A stretch of 64,000 nucleotides of DNA from an uncultured Ectothiorhodospiraceae bacterium (GCA_964564245.1 CAZMAK010000001.1:48989-112988); one strand, 5' to 3'. Numbered from the stretch's first letter, positions 44,954 to 55,192 are shown. The notes: generated by a model not told the origin, from the letters alone. A program made the numbers and translations.

Positions 44954-45073
44954 CCGTACACCCGTTCCCGGCACCGTGGTGTCCGGGGACGGGCCCTTGA
45001 TCTGTTCCGATACATCCGGAATACCCGCCGGCGGCAGCCCGGCGGCACACACACTGAAAGGAACCTGACCCGC

Positions 45074-46435
45074 ATGTCTCATCGTCATGGCCCCCCGTTA
45101 CGCCATCACATCCGGCGCAGCCAGCGCAAATTCCTGTCACGCTTCGCCTGGAAGACACGGCTGGTGCTGTGGGCCGGTGCCCTGCTGGTGGGCCTGATCT
45201 GTGCCGTGTTCGCCCTGCTGGCCGACCAGGCCGACCACGTGTTTCGCTATCTGACCACATTCGGCCCCTGGGTGCCGCTGGTCGTGACCCCGCTGACACT
45301 GGCCGGACTGGCGTGGGCGACCCGCAACCTCTTTCCCGGCTCGCAGGGCAGCGGCATCCCGCAGGCCATTGCCGCGCTCGAATCGAGCCGCAAGGGTGCC
45401 GTGCTGTCGCTGCGTATCGCCGCCGGAAAGATCCTGCTGACACTGCTCGGCCTGGTGGCGGGCGCCTCGATCGGACGCGAGGGGCCATCGGTGCACATCG
45501 GCGCCTCGATCCTGTACTCGCTGGGCCGCATCGCGCGTTTCCCGCCACGCTACATGGAACGCGGCCTCATCCTCGCCGGCGGTGCGGCGGGTATCGCGGC
45601 GGCGTTCAACACCCCGCTGGCCGGTATCGTGTTTGCCATCGAGGAGATGAGCAAGAGCTTCGAGCAGCGCGCCAGCGGCATCGTGACCATCGGCGTGGTC
45701 ATCGCCGGTGTCACCGCGCTGGCCACGCTCGGGCCGTACCACTACTTCGGCACTTCCGATGCCTTCATGCCGGATACCGCGAGCTGGCTGGCGATCCCGG
45801 TCTGCGGCGTGATCGGCGGCCTGCTCGGCGGGCTGTTTTCCAGTGCGCTGGTCGAAGGCTCGCGCCGGCTCACCCCGGTCGTGCGTCATCACCCCTACCT
45901 GGTCGCGTTTGCCTGTGGGCTGGTGGTCGCCGTCATCGCATACTTTTCCGACTACAGCTCCTCGGGCACCGGCTACGCCACCGCGAAGTCCATCATCACC
46001 GGCACGGCCGACTGGGATCCGCTCTATCCCGTGCTGAAATTCGGATCCACACTGGCCTCCTATCTGAGCGGTATTCCGGGCGGCATCTTCGCCCCCTCGC
46101 TGGCCACCGGCGCGGGTGTCGGCGCCAATCTCGGTCACTGGCTCCCGATCGCCCCGGTCTCCGTGATGATCATCCTCGGCATGGTGGGCTATTTCTCGGG
46201 TGTCGTGCAGTCACCGATCACGGCCTTCATCATCGTCACGGAGATGATCAACGACCAGGACATGCTGCTGGCCCTGATCGCGACCTCCTTCATTGCCTAC
46301 GGGGCGTCACGCCTGGTGTGTCCGCAGCCCATCTATCATGCCCTGTCGCAGGCGTTCCTCAGGTCAGAAGCGGAGACACAGGGCGCCGGCAAGCCGGACC
46401 TGCCCGCACCGGGATCCGCACGTCAGGAGGGCTGA
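45074..46435 (+). CDS. ClC-family chloride channel/transporter (no CBS domains)
   Basis: GSGIP and GREGP selectivity-filter motifs. 10-12 TM. Confidence 0.85.
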   Translation: MSHRHGPPLRHHIRRSQRKFLSRFAWKTRLVLWAGALLVGLICAVFALLADQADHVFRYLTTFGPWVPLVVTPLTLAGLAWATRNLFPGSQGSGIPQAIAALESSRKGAVLSLRIAAGKILLTLLGLVAGASIGREGPSVHIGASILYSLGRIARFPPRYMERGLILAGGAAGIAAAFNTPLAGIVFAIEEMSKSFEQRASGIVTIGVVIAGVTALATLGPYHYFGTSDAFMPDTASWLAIPVCGVIGGLLGGLFSSALVEGSRRLTPVVRHHPYLVAFACGLVVAVIAYFSDYSSSGTGYATAKSIITGTADWDPLYPVLKFGSTLASYLSGIPGGIFAPSLATGAGVGANLGHWLPIAPVSVMIILGMVGYFSGVVQSPITAFIIVTEMINDQDMLLALIATSFIAYGASRLVCPQPIYHALSQAFLRSEAETQGAGKPDLPAPGSARQEG

Positions 46436-46486
46436 GCCACAGGCAACCCGTGCAGCGCGCCACTGCAGCCCGCAGGGCGCTACCGG

Positions 46487-47536
46487 TCACTGTTTCACAG
46501 GCAGGACGCAACGCCGGATTTCCGGACTGTTGCCGGCCGGGACCAGGTTTTCGAAAAACTGTCGCGTGGCCATTTCCCAGGTGTGCTTCAATGCCTCCGC
46601 GCGGCAACGTTCGCGCGAGAGGTCCAGTGCGGCAAGCGCCGCCCGGCCCAGATCCATGTCCAGAAACCCCGTCTCTTCGTGCGTGACCACGTCGACCGGC
46701 CCGGTCACCGGGAAGGCCGCCACCGGTACCCCGCAGGCCATCGCCTCCAGCATCACCAGCCCGAAGGTATCGGTGAGACTGGGAAACACGAACACATCCG
46801 CCGCGGCGATGTAACGTGACAGCTCCCGTCCGAACCGATAGCCGGCAAACAGTACCTCCGGATAACGGCGGCGCAATTCCGCCAGGCGCGGTCCGTCACC
46901 GATGATGCACTTGCTGCCCGGCAGTTCAAGCCGCAGGAACGCGTCGAGATTCTTCTCCACGGCAACGCGGCCGGCACAGGCAAACAACGGGCGCGGCACC
47001 GCCAGCGGCTCCCGCTCGTCCGGGGTAAAGAGCGCCGTATCCACGCCACGCGACCAGCGCACGATGTGGCTGAAATTCCACCGCTTCAGCAACCGCTCCT
47101 GGCTGGCCGTGGCCACCATGGTGCGTTGTGCGGAATTGTGAAAGCGCCGCATGAAGGCATAGGAAACGGCAAGCGGTACCGGCACACGCCTGCGGATGTA
47201 TTCCGGAAACTGGGTATGGTACGACGTGGTGAATGCCAGACCGTTACAGAGACAGTACCGGCGCGCAGCCTGCCCAAGCGGCCCCTCGGTCGCAATGTGG
47301 ATGTGGTCCGGTGCCAGCGCGGCCAGTTGCTTCGCGACGGCGCGGTAGGGACGGAACGACAGCCGGATCTCCGGATAGGTCGGGCACGAAAAGGTGCGAT
47401 GGTCCTGCGGCGTCAGCATGGTGACCCGGTGACCCAGGTCTTGCAGGCTGCCACGGGTCTGGTTCAGGGAATTGACCACACCGTTGACCTGGGGCGCCCA
47501 GGCGTCCGTGATGATCGCAATCGAGGCTGCACTCAT
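46487..47536 (-). CDS. GT4-family glycosyltransferase
   Basis: C-terminal EX7E region FPSLTDTFGLVMLEAMACGVPV. N-terminal MSAASIAIITDAWAPQVNGV. Start chosen at an internal Met of the longer track ORF. Confidence 0.8.
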   Translation of the reverse strand: MSAASIAIITDAWAPQVNGVVNSLNQTRGSLQDLGHRVTMLTPQDHRTFSCPTYPEIRLSFRPYRAVAKQLAALAPDHIHIATEGPLGQAARRYCLCNGLAFTTSYHTQFPEYIRRRVPVPLAVSYAFMRRFHNSAQRTMVATASQERLLKRWNFSHIVRWSRGVDTALFTPDEREPLAVPRPLFACAGRVAVEKNLDAFLRLELPGSKCIIGDGPRLAELRRRYPEVLFAGYRFGRELSRYIAAADVFVFPSLTDTFGLVMLEAMACGVPVAAFPVTGPVDVVTHEETGFLDMDLGRAALAALDLSRERCRAEALKHTWEMATRQFFENLVPAGNSPEIRRCVLPVKQ

Positions 47537-47657
47537 GGCCCACCCGGCATGCAGGCCGGCAGATCCGCTTCGGAACCACGAGTATCTCGCGGCTACATGG
47601 CAGTTTGATGGTGTTTTTGTTACCGGTCCGTGACAGCCGCCGGCATCGCGCCGTGTC

Positions 47658-48305
47658 ATGCAAGGTACACACAACCTTCATGAAACTGTTGCATTGGCGG
47701 CGCATGCTGGCTCACGGGTCAGAACAGGGATGCAACTCATGGCATTGGAAACCTGTGGCAGACTGGGCAGCTTCGCCCGGAAACTCGACAACGTGGACGT
47801 CAGCCTGTGCGCGAGGCTGAACCGGTTCAGCCGCACACCACTGGTACGGGACCTGTTTCGCATCATCAGCCGCGTCGGTGACGGCGTGTTGTGGTACTGC
47901 ATGATGGCCGTCCTGCCGGTGATCGGTGGCTACAGCGGCCTCGTGGCTACCCTGCACATGGCCGGCACCGCCCTGGCCGGGCTGGCCATCTACAGGATCA
48001 CCAAGCTGCTGTCCGGGCGCGAACGCCCCTACGTCCAGCACGGTGACCAGGTCGCCTGCGTGATGCCTCCGCTCGACCGGTACAGCTTCCCGTCCGGCCA
48101 TACCCTGCACGCCGTCAGCTTCACGATGGTCCTGTACGGCTATTTCCCGCAGATGATCTGGGTGCTGATGCCGCTGACCGCACTGATCGCGCTGTCACGC
48201 ATGATCCTGGGACTGCACTACCCGAGCGATGTGCTGGCCGGAGCCGCAATCGGCGCGGCACTGGCGCTGGTGAGTTTCAGGCTGCCGCTGCCAGCGGCCT
48301 GCTGA
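47658..48305 (+). CDS. PAP2-family lipid phosphatase
   Basis: KxxxxxxRP (KLLSGRERP), PSGH and SRxxxxxHxxxD (SRMILGLHYPSD) motifs. True start may be an internal Met around 47730. Confidence 0.75.
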   Translation: MQGTHNLHETVALAAHAGSRVRTGMQLMALETCGRLGSFARKLDNVDVSLCARLNRFSRTPLVRDLFRIISRVGDGVLWYCMMAVLPVIGGYSGLVATLHMAGTALAGLAIYRITKLLSGRERPYVQHGDQVACVMPPLDRYSFPSGHTLHAVSFTMVLYGYFPQMIWVLMPLTALIALSRMILGLHYPSDVLAGAAIGAALALVSFRLPLPAAC

Positions 48306-48334
48306 GCCGGGGGTACCCTGCGCATGGCCCCGAC

Positions 48335-48718
48335 TCAGGCCGGGGCGAAGAAATTCTGGTAAATGATCAGACCCCAGCAGATTGCCGTCATCCACAGGCT
48401 GATGAACACCGCCGCCGAACCCATGTCCTTGGCACGTCCGGACAGCTGGTGGATGTCCGCGCCGATCCGGTCCACGACCGCCTCGACGGCCGAGTTCAGC
48501 AGTTCCACCACCAGCACGAACAGGCAGGTACCGATCAGCAGGCCACGTTCCACCGCCGAGTGGCCGACCCAGAGCGCCGCCGGCACCAGGAACAGGCACA
48601 ACACCAGTTCCTGGCGAAACGCCGCCTCGTTTTTCCAGGTGGCCCTGATACCGGCAATGGAATAGAGCGCGGCATTCCAGACACGACGCATGCCACCGAC
48701 CTGATTATGATTCGCCAT
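48335..48718 (-). CDS. dgkA: diacylglycerol kinase
   Basis: 127 aa, three TM, ELLNSAVEAVVDR motif. Confidence 0.85.
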   Translation of the reverse strand: MANHNQVGGMRRVWNAALYSIAGIRATWKNEAAFRQELVLCLFLVPAALWVGHSAVERGLLIGTCLFVLVVELLNSAVEAVVDRIGADIHQLSGRAKDMGSAAVFISLWMTAICWGLIIYQNFFAPA

Positions 48719-48840
48719 GCTGGCTCCAGCGTTTGCGGCGCTACAGTGTACCTGCAGTCATTTATCCCGGCCATCCCCGCAACCGTGCAGCGGGGCAGTG
48801 CGTTAATAAATCTGCAATATCCGGCTGCTAGCATCCTGCG

Positions 48841-49659
48841 ATGCCTGAAAATCCTGCGCAGCGGGGGCACAAGAAGGTGCATTACCGGACCATCTGGCTG
48901 TCCGACATCCACCTCGGCACACGTGGCTGCAAGGCCGGCTTCCTGCTCGATTTCCTGCGTTCCACCGAATCCGATCACCTGTACCTCGTCGGCGACATCA
49001 TCGACGGCTGGTCACTGCGCCGCACCTGGTACTGGGACCAGAATCACAACGACGTGGTGCAGAAGATCCTGCGCAAGGCGCGCAAGGGCACCACCGTCAT
49101 CTACGTTCCGGGCAACCACGACGAGTTTGCCCGGCAATACGTGGACCTGATGTTCGGCGGCATCGAGGTCAGGAACCACGTCATCCATGAACTGGCCGAC
49201 GGCCGACGGTTGCTCACCCTGCACGGCGACGAATTCGACGGCGTGGTGCGTTACGCACGCTGGCTGGCGATCCTGGGCGACCTCGCCTACCGGGCAGCAC
49301 TGGCACTGAACCACTGGGTGAACGGCATCCGGCGCCGGCTGGGCTATCCGTACTGGTCGCTGTCGGCCTGTCTCAAGCACAAGGTCAGGAACGCCGTGCA
49401 GTTCATCGACAACTACGAACACCTGGTCGCACGCGAGGCCGGCCTGCACGAGGTCGATGGCGTGGTGTGCGGCCATATCCACAAGGCGGAACTGCGCCAC
49501 ATCGACGGCATCCTGTACTGCAACGACGGCGACTGGGTCGAGAGCTGCACGGCACTGGTCGAGACACTGGAAGGAAACCTGGAAATCCTCCACTGGACGG
49601 ACGCCGGCAACACCGTGTTGTTCAGTTCCGCCACGCTGCAGCCCGCCGTGGCGGCCTGA
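48841..49659 (+). CDS. LpxH-like metallophosphoesterase, PlcP-type phospholipase C candidate
   Basis: WLSDIHLG, LVGDIIDGW, VPGNHDE, LHGDEFD and CGHIHKAE motifs. Followed 24 nt later by a GT4 glycosyltransferase, as in plcP-agt lipid-remodelling operons. Confidence 0.6.
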   Translation: MPENPAQRGHKKVHYRTIWLSDIHLGTRGCKAGFLLDFLRSTESDHLYLVGDIIDGWSLRRTWYWDQNHNDVVQKILRKARKGTTVIYVPGNHDEFARQYVDLMFGGIEVRNHVIHELADGRRLLTLHGDEFDGVVRYARWLAILGDLAYRAALALNHWVNGIRRRLGYPYWSLSACLKHKVRNAVQFIDNYEHLVAREAGLHEVDGVVCGHIHKAELRHIDGILYCNDGDWVESCTALVETLEGNLEILHWTDAGNTVLFSSATLQPAVAA

Positions 49660-49682
49660 ACGCAAGGCGGCGGGGGTTCAGC

Positions 49683-50882
49683 ATGAATATCCTGATGATT
49701 TCCGACGTGTACTTTCCACGGGTCAACGGTGTCTCGACCTCCATCGCCACCTTCCGGCGCAGCCTGCTGGAGTCGGGCCACCGTGTCTGCCTGATTGTCC
49801 CGGACTACCTGCGCGACGCTGGTGACGACCCGGACATCATTCGCATTCCGTCCCGTTATCTCGCGCTGGACCCGGAAGACCGGATGCTGAAGTCCGGCGC
49901 CATCCTGTCTCTCGAGGCCGAACTGCGCACACGCGACCTTGACCTGGTGCATATCCAGACCCCGTTTATCGCACACCGCGTCGGCCTGCAGCTGGCCAGG
50001 CGGCTTGGCCTGCCGGCGGTCGAGACCTGCCACACCTATTTCGAGGAATACCTCTATCACTATGTCTCCTTCCTCCCACGCGGCCTGATGAAGGCCGCGG
50101 CCCGTCATTTCACCCGGGCACAGTGCAACCGCCTGGACGCCGTGATCGTCCCGTCCACGGCGATGCAGGAGGTACTGAAATCCTACGGGGTCAGGGTGCC
50201 GCTATCGATCATCCCGACCGGACTCGATCTGGCGCAGTTCACGGGTGGCTCCGGCGCACGCTTCAGGAAGGCCAACCACATCACCGCACAGCAACCGGTA
50301 CTGGTGTTCGTCGGGCGCGTGGCACATGAGAAAAACATCGGCTTCCTGCTGGATGTGGTGGACCGTCTGCGGCCGGCCTGGCCGGATCTCCTGCTGCTCA
50401 TCGCCGGCGAGGGGCCGGCACGAAACTCCCTGCAGACCCGGGTTTCCCGGGCCGGTCTCAAGGACAATGTCCGCTTTGTGGACTACCTGCCGCGTGGCGA
50501 GCCGCTCTGGGACTGTTTCCGTGCCGGCGACCTCTTTGTTTTCGCCTCACCGACCGAGACCCAGGGACTGGTCCTGCTGGAAGCCATGGCGCTCGGTGTA
50601 CCGGTGGTCTCCACCGCGGTGATGGGTACCCGCGACATCCTGCTGCCCGGACGCGGTTGTCTCGTCGCCGAGGAAGAACCCCGGGCATTCGCCGACCGGG
50701 TGGCGGGGCTGCTGGAGCGGCCGGCACAGCGCCGGCAACTGGCCAGCGAGGCCCGTGACTACGTTAGCGGGTGGTCCGCCGGCGAGATGGCCGCGCGGCT
50801 CGTGACGTTCTATACACAGGTACTCGACAATCCCGCGGCAGCGGCAAGCGGTCAGCCGGAACAGGCGACCCGGACCGGCTGA
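49683..50882 (+). CDS. GT4-family glycosyltransferase (Agt-like glycolipid synthase candidate)
   Basis: MNILMISDVYFPRVNGV N-terminus. VFASPTETQGLVLLEAMALGVPVV EX7E motif. Start at ATG 49683, internal to the track ORF. Confidence 0.8.
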   Translation: MNILMISDVYFPRVNGVSTSIATFRRSLLESGHRVCLIVPDYLRDAGDDPDIIRIPSRYLALDPEDRMLKSGAILSLEAELRTRDLDLVHIQTPFIAHRVGLQLARRLGLPAVETCHTYFEEYLYHYVSFLPRGLMKAAARHFTRAQCNRLDAVIVPSTAMQEVLKSYGVRVPLSIIPTGLDLAQFTGGSGARFRKANHITAQQPVLVFVGRVAHEKNIGFLLDVVDRLRPAWPDLLLLIAGEGPARNSLQTRVSRAGLKDNVRFVDYLPRGEPLWDCFRAGDLFVFASPTETQGLVLLEAMALGVPVVSTAVMGTRDILLPGRGCLVAEEEPRAFADRVAGLLERPAQRRQLASEARDYVSGWSAGEMAARLVTFYTQVLDNPAAAASGQPEQATRTG

Positions 50883-50997
50883 CTTCCACCCTGCCCGGCA
50901 TTCCCGCCAGCGGGATTGCGGCTTGTTCCGCGGCGTCGACGCGTGCAAACTCGGCGCACACATCGGGAGACACAGACCACTCCGGGCCGGGCAGAGC

Positions 50998-51573
50998 ATG
51001 CGATCCTTCATCCGTACCGCAGTCTCACTGACCTGGCTGCTCTGCCTGCCTGCCCTGCAGCTGCCGGCACTCGAGCGGCCGTCGCCGCCAGGCGCCTGGT
51101 ACGAGGACGACCGCATGCTGGTCAGGCTGGTGCCGCGCACGCCCATGCAGATGGCCGCATTCTACGAGGCACGCGGCTTCCCGCCGGCCGCGCTGGACCG
51201 GATCCGGCAGACCTGTTTCATCACCCTGACGGTCCGCAACAAGGGCAGGGAAGTCCTGTGGGTGGACCTGGACCAGTGGAAGTTCTCCAGCCACGGCGAG
51301 GACGTTGACCGCCTCGACCGGGGCTACTGGCAGCAGCAGTGGGACCGGATCAGCCTGCGCCAGGCCAGCCGCTCCACCTTCGGCTGGACCCAGTTCCCGC
51401 CGCTTCGTGACCTGCAGCCGGACGAACCGGCGGGCGGCAACCTCGTCTTCCCGGGTAACCTCGACAGCGTGACCGTCGCGGCCGTGCTGCACACCGGCCC
51501 CGACCGCAATGGCCCGCCGATCCGGCTCGGCTTCGGCAATCTTCCCTGCGCGAAGGGAGACGCCGGATCATGA
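50998..51573 (+). CDS. secreted hypothetical protein
   Basis: Signal peptide MRSFIRTAVSLTWLLCLPALQLPALE. No motif recognised. 4-nt overlap with the following thioredoxin-like gene. Confidence 0.4.
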   Translation: MRSFIRTAVSLTWLLCLPALQLPALERPSPPGAWYEDDRMLVRLVPRTPMQMAAFYEARGFPPAALDRIRQTCFITLTVRNKGREVLWVDLDQWKFSSHGEDVDRLDRGYWQQQWDRISLRQASRSTFGWTQFPPLRDLQPDEPAGGNLVFPGNLDSVTVAAVLHTGPDRNGPPIRLGFGNLPCAKGDAGS

Positions 51574-52109
51574 AGCGCCTGCCCAGCACCATCCTGCTGA
51601 TACTGCTGCTGACGATGGCGACCGGTTACGCGCAATCGCTCCCGCCGGGCGTGATGAGTGTCACCCCGAAACCGGCGCCGGCACTGCAACTGAAGGATCT
51701 CGATGGCCAGGCCCGTGACCTGGCCGCAAGCGCCGGTCACTGGCGTTTCGTGCATTTCTGGGCCAGCTGGTGCGCACCGTGCCGGCGTGAAATGCCCGCC
51801 ATCCAGGCCATGATTCCGCTGCTGAAAGACAGTGGCATGGTGTTCGTACTGGTCAACACGGCCGAGACCGAGGACGAGGTCTTCACCTTTGTCGGGAGCG
51901 TCGCGCCCGACCTCGTCCCGCTGCTGGACAGCGACGGGCTGGTGACCGGGGCCTGGCAACCACGCGGCCTGCCGGCGACCTTCCTGGTCGACCCGGAAGG
52001 CCGCATCCGTTACCAGGCACTGGGCGGACGCGCATGGGACAAACCGCAGTACCGGGAATTCCTGCGCCGGCTGGCAGCTACGCCAGCCAGTCCAGCAGGT
52101 AGTAGATGA
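51570..52109 (+). CDS. TlpA/ResA-like periplasmic thiol:disulfide oxidoreductase
   Basis: Signal peptide. WASWCAPCRREMP thioredoxin-fold active site. Confidence 0.8.
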   Translation: MKRLPSTILLILLLTMATGYAQSLPPGVMSVTPKPAPALQLKDLDGQARDLAASAGHWRFVHFWASWCAPCRREMPAIQAMIPLLKDSGMVFVLVNTAETEDEVFTFVGSVAPDLVPLLDSDGLVTGAWQPRGLPATFLVDPEGRIRYQALGGRAWDKPQYREFLRRLAATPASPAGSR

Positions 52110-52311
52110 ACTGCCCTTCGGAGGACTTCGAAGGCCCGACCACGCGGGCCGCATGCCGCTTGTGGTCCGGGTCAGCGGCCTGCAGGGCGGAGTCCCGGTC
52201 CGGGAAGATCTCCACACACCCGGCCGGGTAGCGCTTGCGGTTCTGGCGTGGTGTGAAGATCACGGCAAAGCGCACCTGTGAAACCCCCGTCTCGGGGTCC
52301 GGTGGCACCAT
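52078..52311 (-). CDS. small hypothetical protein (77 aa)
   Basis: Lies 12 nt downstream of sixA on the same strand. 3' end overlaps the TlpA-like gene (convergent). Start chosen at an internal Met. Confidence 0.3.
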   Translation of the reverse strand: MVPPDPETGVSQVRFAVIFTPRQNRKRYPAGCVEIFPDRDSALQAADPDHKRHAARVVGPSKSSEGQFIYYLLDWLA

Positions 52312-52322
52312 ACCCCGCAGGC

Positions 52323-52799
52323 TCACGCGGACTTCCCGCCACACAGCTTCGGATGCAGCAACCACTGGACGATCCAGTGGTCATCCGCGACCCGCTTCAG
52401 GCAGGCCACGCTGCCGGTGCTGAGCGCCAGTGGCTCACGGTCAACCGCGTTACACAGCAACAGGGCCGCCAGCCTGCCCAGGAATGGCATATGCCCGACC
52501 ACCATGGTGTTCTCCTGCCAGACATCCAGGTCGCGGGCAAATTCCTCCACCGGGTCCATCGGGGCAATTCCGGAGATGCGTTCGATATCGTGCCGGTGGC
52601 GAAGCTGCTTCGCCAGTAACGCCGCCGTCTGCTCGGCACGCAGTCTGCCACTGTGCCAGATCCGGTCGACGTGCACGCCGGCCCTGCCCAGCACGGCAGC
52701 CACCTGGCTGACCTCCCGCACGCCCTGCTCGCTCAGCGGCCGCAATGCATCAGGCGACTGGTCCACCGCGTCACCATGACGTGCCAGGTACAGTTTCAT
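52323..52799 (-). CDS. sixA: phosphohistidine phosphatase SixA
   Basis: N-terminal LYLARHGDA (RHG motif). Histidine-phosphatase fold, about 158 aa. Confidence 0.8.
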   Translation of the reverse strand: MKLYLARHGDAVDQSPDALRPLSEQGVREVSQVAAVLGRAGVHVDRIWHSGRLRAEQTAALLAKQLRHRHDIERISGIAPMDPVEEFARDLDVWQENTMVVGHMPFLGRLAALLLCNAVDREPLALSTGSVACLKRVADDHWIVQWLLHPKLCGGKSA

Positions 52800-53716
52800 G
52801 TCGAGTCACCTCCGTTTGCCCGCGCCCCCGGCACCTCCCGGCCTGCAATGAAGTCTACCGCAGCCGCCACCGTGTGCGCATCGTGCAGGATGCGCCCGTG
52901 TCCGAGGCCACGGGTTTTCAGAAAACGCGCACCCGGCCAGGCCGCTGCGATCCGCTCGCCCTGTTGCCACGGCACACTGCGGTCGTCCTCGTCATGGACC
53001 ACCAGGGCCGGCATCTGCAGATGCTGCACATTGCGCACGGTTGAGATCCGGTCCCAGAAGCCTTGTTCAAAGCGCCGTTCCATGCGTGTGCACAGGTCGG
53101 CAATCACCCGGTCATGCATCTCCAGGGTCTGTGCAAAACCCTCCACCAGGAACTGCGCATCCACCGGCGGGCAGAAACAGACCACGCGTTGCGTGCGCAC
53201 CCCGTGGTTCAGCGCAAAGGCCAGCACCATGCCGCCGAAGGAATGGCTGATCACGGCGTGCGGGGCCGTATACCGGTCCTGGATCGCCTGCAGGACCCCG
53301 GCACATTCCAGGATATTGGTGCTGTGCCCGGACGAACCGCCGTGCCCCGGCAGGTCCATCGCCAGCACCTGGAAACCGGCGGCCGTCAACGGTTCGACAA
53401 AGGCCGCCACCTGGCTGCCACGGCCCGACCAGCCATGGACAAACCACACGACCGGTCCCTGCCCCCAGCGGTGCATCGACACCTGTTTCCCGCCCACCGG
53501 CAGGAATTCCTGGCGGGCATCGAGTACCGCGCGCCTGCCCGCCGCGGACTCCGGGAAGCGCCGGCTGCGGAACCACAGCCAGAGTGCCCAGCGGCCCATC
53601 AGGGACGGCAACACGGCACCGACGCGGCCGAACAGAACGCGCATCAGGCGCAGTGACAACGGTACGTCCCGGGGGGTGGAACGTGCACCGTGCAGTTGTA
53701 CCTTGCGCCTTGCCAT
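52796..53716 (-). CDS. alpha/beta-hydrolase fold protein
   Basis: VWFVHGWSG and SHSFGG nucleophile elbow. ATGA overlap with sixA. Confidence 0.75.
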   Translation of the reverse strand: MARRKVQLHGARSTPRDVPLSLRLMRVLFGRVGAVLPSLMGRWALWLWFRSRRFPESAAGRRAVLDARQEFLPVGGKQVSMHRWGQGPVVWFVHGWSGRGSQVAAFVEPLTAAGFQVLAMDLPGHGGSSGHSTNILECAGVLQAIQDRYTAPHAVISHSFGGMVLAFALNHGVRTQRVVCFCPPVDAQFLVEGFAQTLEMHDRVIADLCTRMERRFEQGFWDRISTVRNVQHLQMPALVVHDEDDRSVPWQQGERIAAAWPGARFLKTRGLGHGRILHDAHTVAAAVDFIAGREVPGARANGGDST

Positions 53717-53926
53717 CTGACCTGTCCTCGGGAATCTGCCACAAGCATAGCCATGACCAGCGGAAACCGCTGCGCCGGCCCGGGAGATCCCGGACCGGCG
53801 GCAAAGGGATTCCGGTTTTCAGGGAAATCAGCCGCTTGCCAGCCGCCCTTCCGGATCGGTCAGAAATCCGTATCATGGCCCGCGACCAGCGCCTGGCATA
53901 ATGCCGGGCCGGAAAGCGGAGCAGTC

Positions 53927-54208
53927 ATGGCAAGTACAGTAGATGAACTGACCATACGGTACGAAGAGGACGGAATCGAAACCGTACGCGAACTCGACAA
54001 GCAGATCCTGACCAGGGGTGCCTGGTCCACGGTGATTTTCCGGTACCAGGACTGGGATCGCAGCAAGGAGGCCTACGGGCCGGACAAGTACAGCATCCGT
54101 CGTTACCAGAAACGCAACGGCGAGTACCAGCAGAAATCGAAGTTCAACATCTCCAGCAAGGACCAGGCCGAAAAGATCATCGCGGCACTGCAGGGCTGGA
54201 TCAAATAA
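53927..54208 (+). CDS. small conserved hypothetical protein (93 aa)
   Basis: GGAG RBS 5 nt before ATG 53927. The track ORF extends upstream and is probably non-coding there. Confidence 0.45.
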   Translation: MASTVDELTIRYEEDGIETVRELDKQILTRGAWSTVIFRYQDWDRSKEAYGPDKYSIRRYQKRNGEYQQKSKFNISSKDQAEKIIAALQGWIK

Positions 54209-54584
54209 CCGGGCCGGACTGCGCATCGGCGGTACGGGCCCGGGCCACATCGGCCGCCGTCACCGCGCATTCCTTCAGCAGCGATTCGAGCAGGGCCCGC
54301 TGCTGCGGGGACGAGCTGCCGGATTCGTGGTCGAGCCGGTCAAAGTAGTACGCCAGTGCCGCCTTCACCATGGCCCGCGGCCGGCGGCTGATGTGTACAC
54401 TGCCGGTCTCCGCGGTAATCCCCTGCTCGATCTGACCGGCCAGTTCCAGCAGGGTGTAACGCGCCACCTGGGCACACTCCGAACCACCGACCGGGTAGGC
54501 GGCATGGGCATAGTCGCGAATCGCGCCACACAACAGGTCCCGAACGGGAATGTCGCACTGAATCCTGAGGTTTCCACGGGCCAT
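54201..54584 (-). CDS. hypothetical protein (127 aa)
   Basis: ORF track only. No motif recognised. Confidence 0.35.
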   Translation of the reverse strand: MARGNLRIQCDIPVRDLLCGAIRDYAHAAYPVGGSECAQVARYTLLELAGQIEQGITAETGSVHISRRPRAMVKAALAYYFDRLDHESGSSSPQQRALLESLLKECAVTAADVARARTADAQSGPVI

Positions 54585-55192
54585 GCGCGAATTCTAGCAG
54601 CCGGGCGGAAGCCCCTGCGCACGTCATCCAGGCGCGGCACCGGCCAGGCTGGCCGGTGCAGAGGATCGGTCTGGATGGGCCGGCCCGACGGCCGGCCGGT
54701 CAGGCGCGGCGGCTAACGCCGGCGCCGGGGACTCTCGTCCGCAAATACGTCGAACAGCTGCTCCTGCAACCAGGCATCTTCCTGCATCACCTCGACCTTG
54801 CGCCGGGCAAGGGCTGCGCGCAGGGCCTTCAGTGCCGCCATGCCTTTACGGCGTTTCTTCCGGCCCGGTTTTCTCTTCGGTGCGATATCGTGCGTGACTG
54901 CGCTCATGCTGCCCCCTGACAGTAGCGTCGATTACCACCCCCGTAACAGGGGTTTCACTGGCTATCGGCCTGTCGGAAAAATGGCTTTAATGACATCCGG
55001 CACACCGGGAGCTGCTGTGTCCGAATGTGCAGATCACGCGTATCCTCCTGTAACGGCTCAGGAATCCAGGCAATCCCGAGGTCATTTCGAGGAACCGCCG
55101 GCGCGCCTGTCACGCACAGGAAAAACTTGTTGAATTACGTTATCTTGAAAGAGCTGAATGAATCGCGATATCCGGCAAGGAGGGTTCTGGCC

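Noticed and set aside
48739-48761. Pho-box-like sequence CTACAGTGTACCTGCAGTCAT upstream of the PlcP-like gene.
   Set aside because: Only a loose resemblance to CTGTCAT-N4-CTGTCAT. Kept as a note inside the lipid-remodelling finding, not as a feature.
54713-54907. 64-aa Lys/Arg-rich ORF on the minus strand.
   Set aside because: No RBS checked and composition-biased. Could be a real small basic protein, but support is insufficient.
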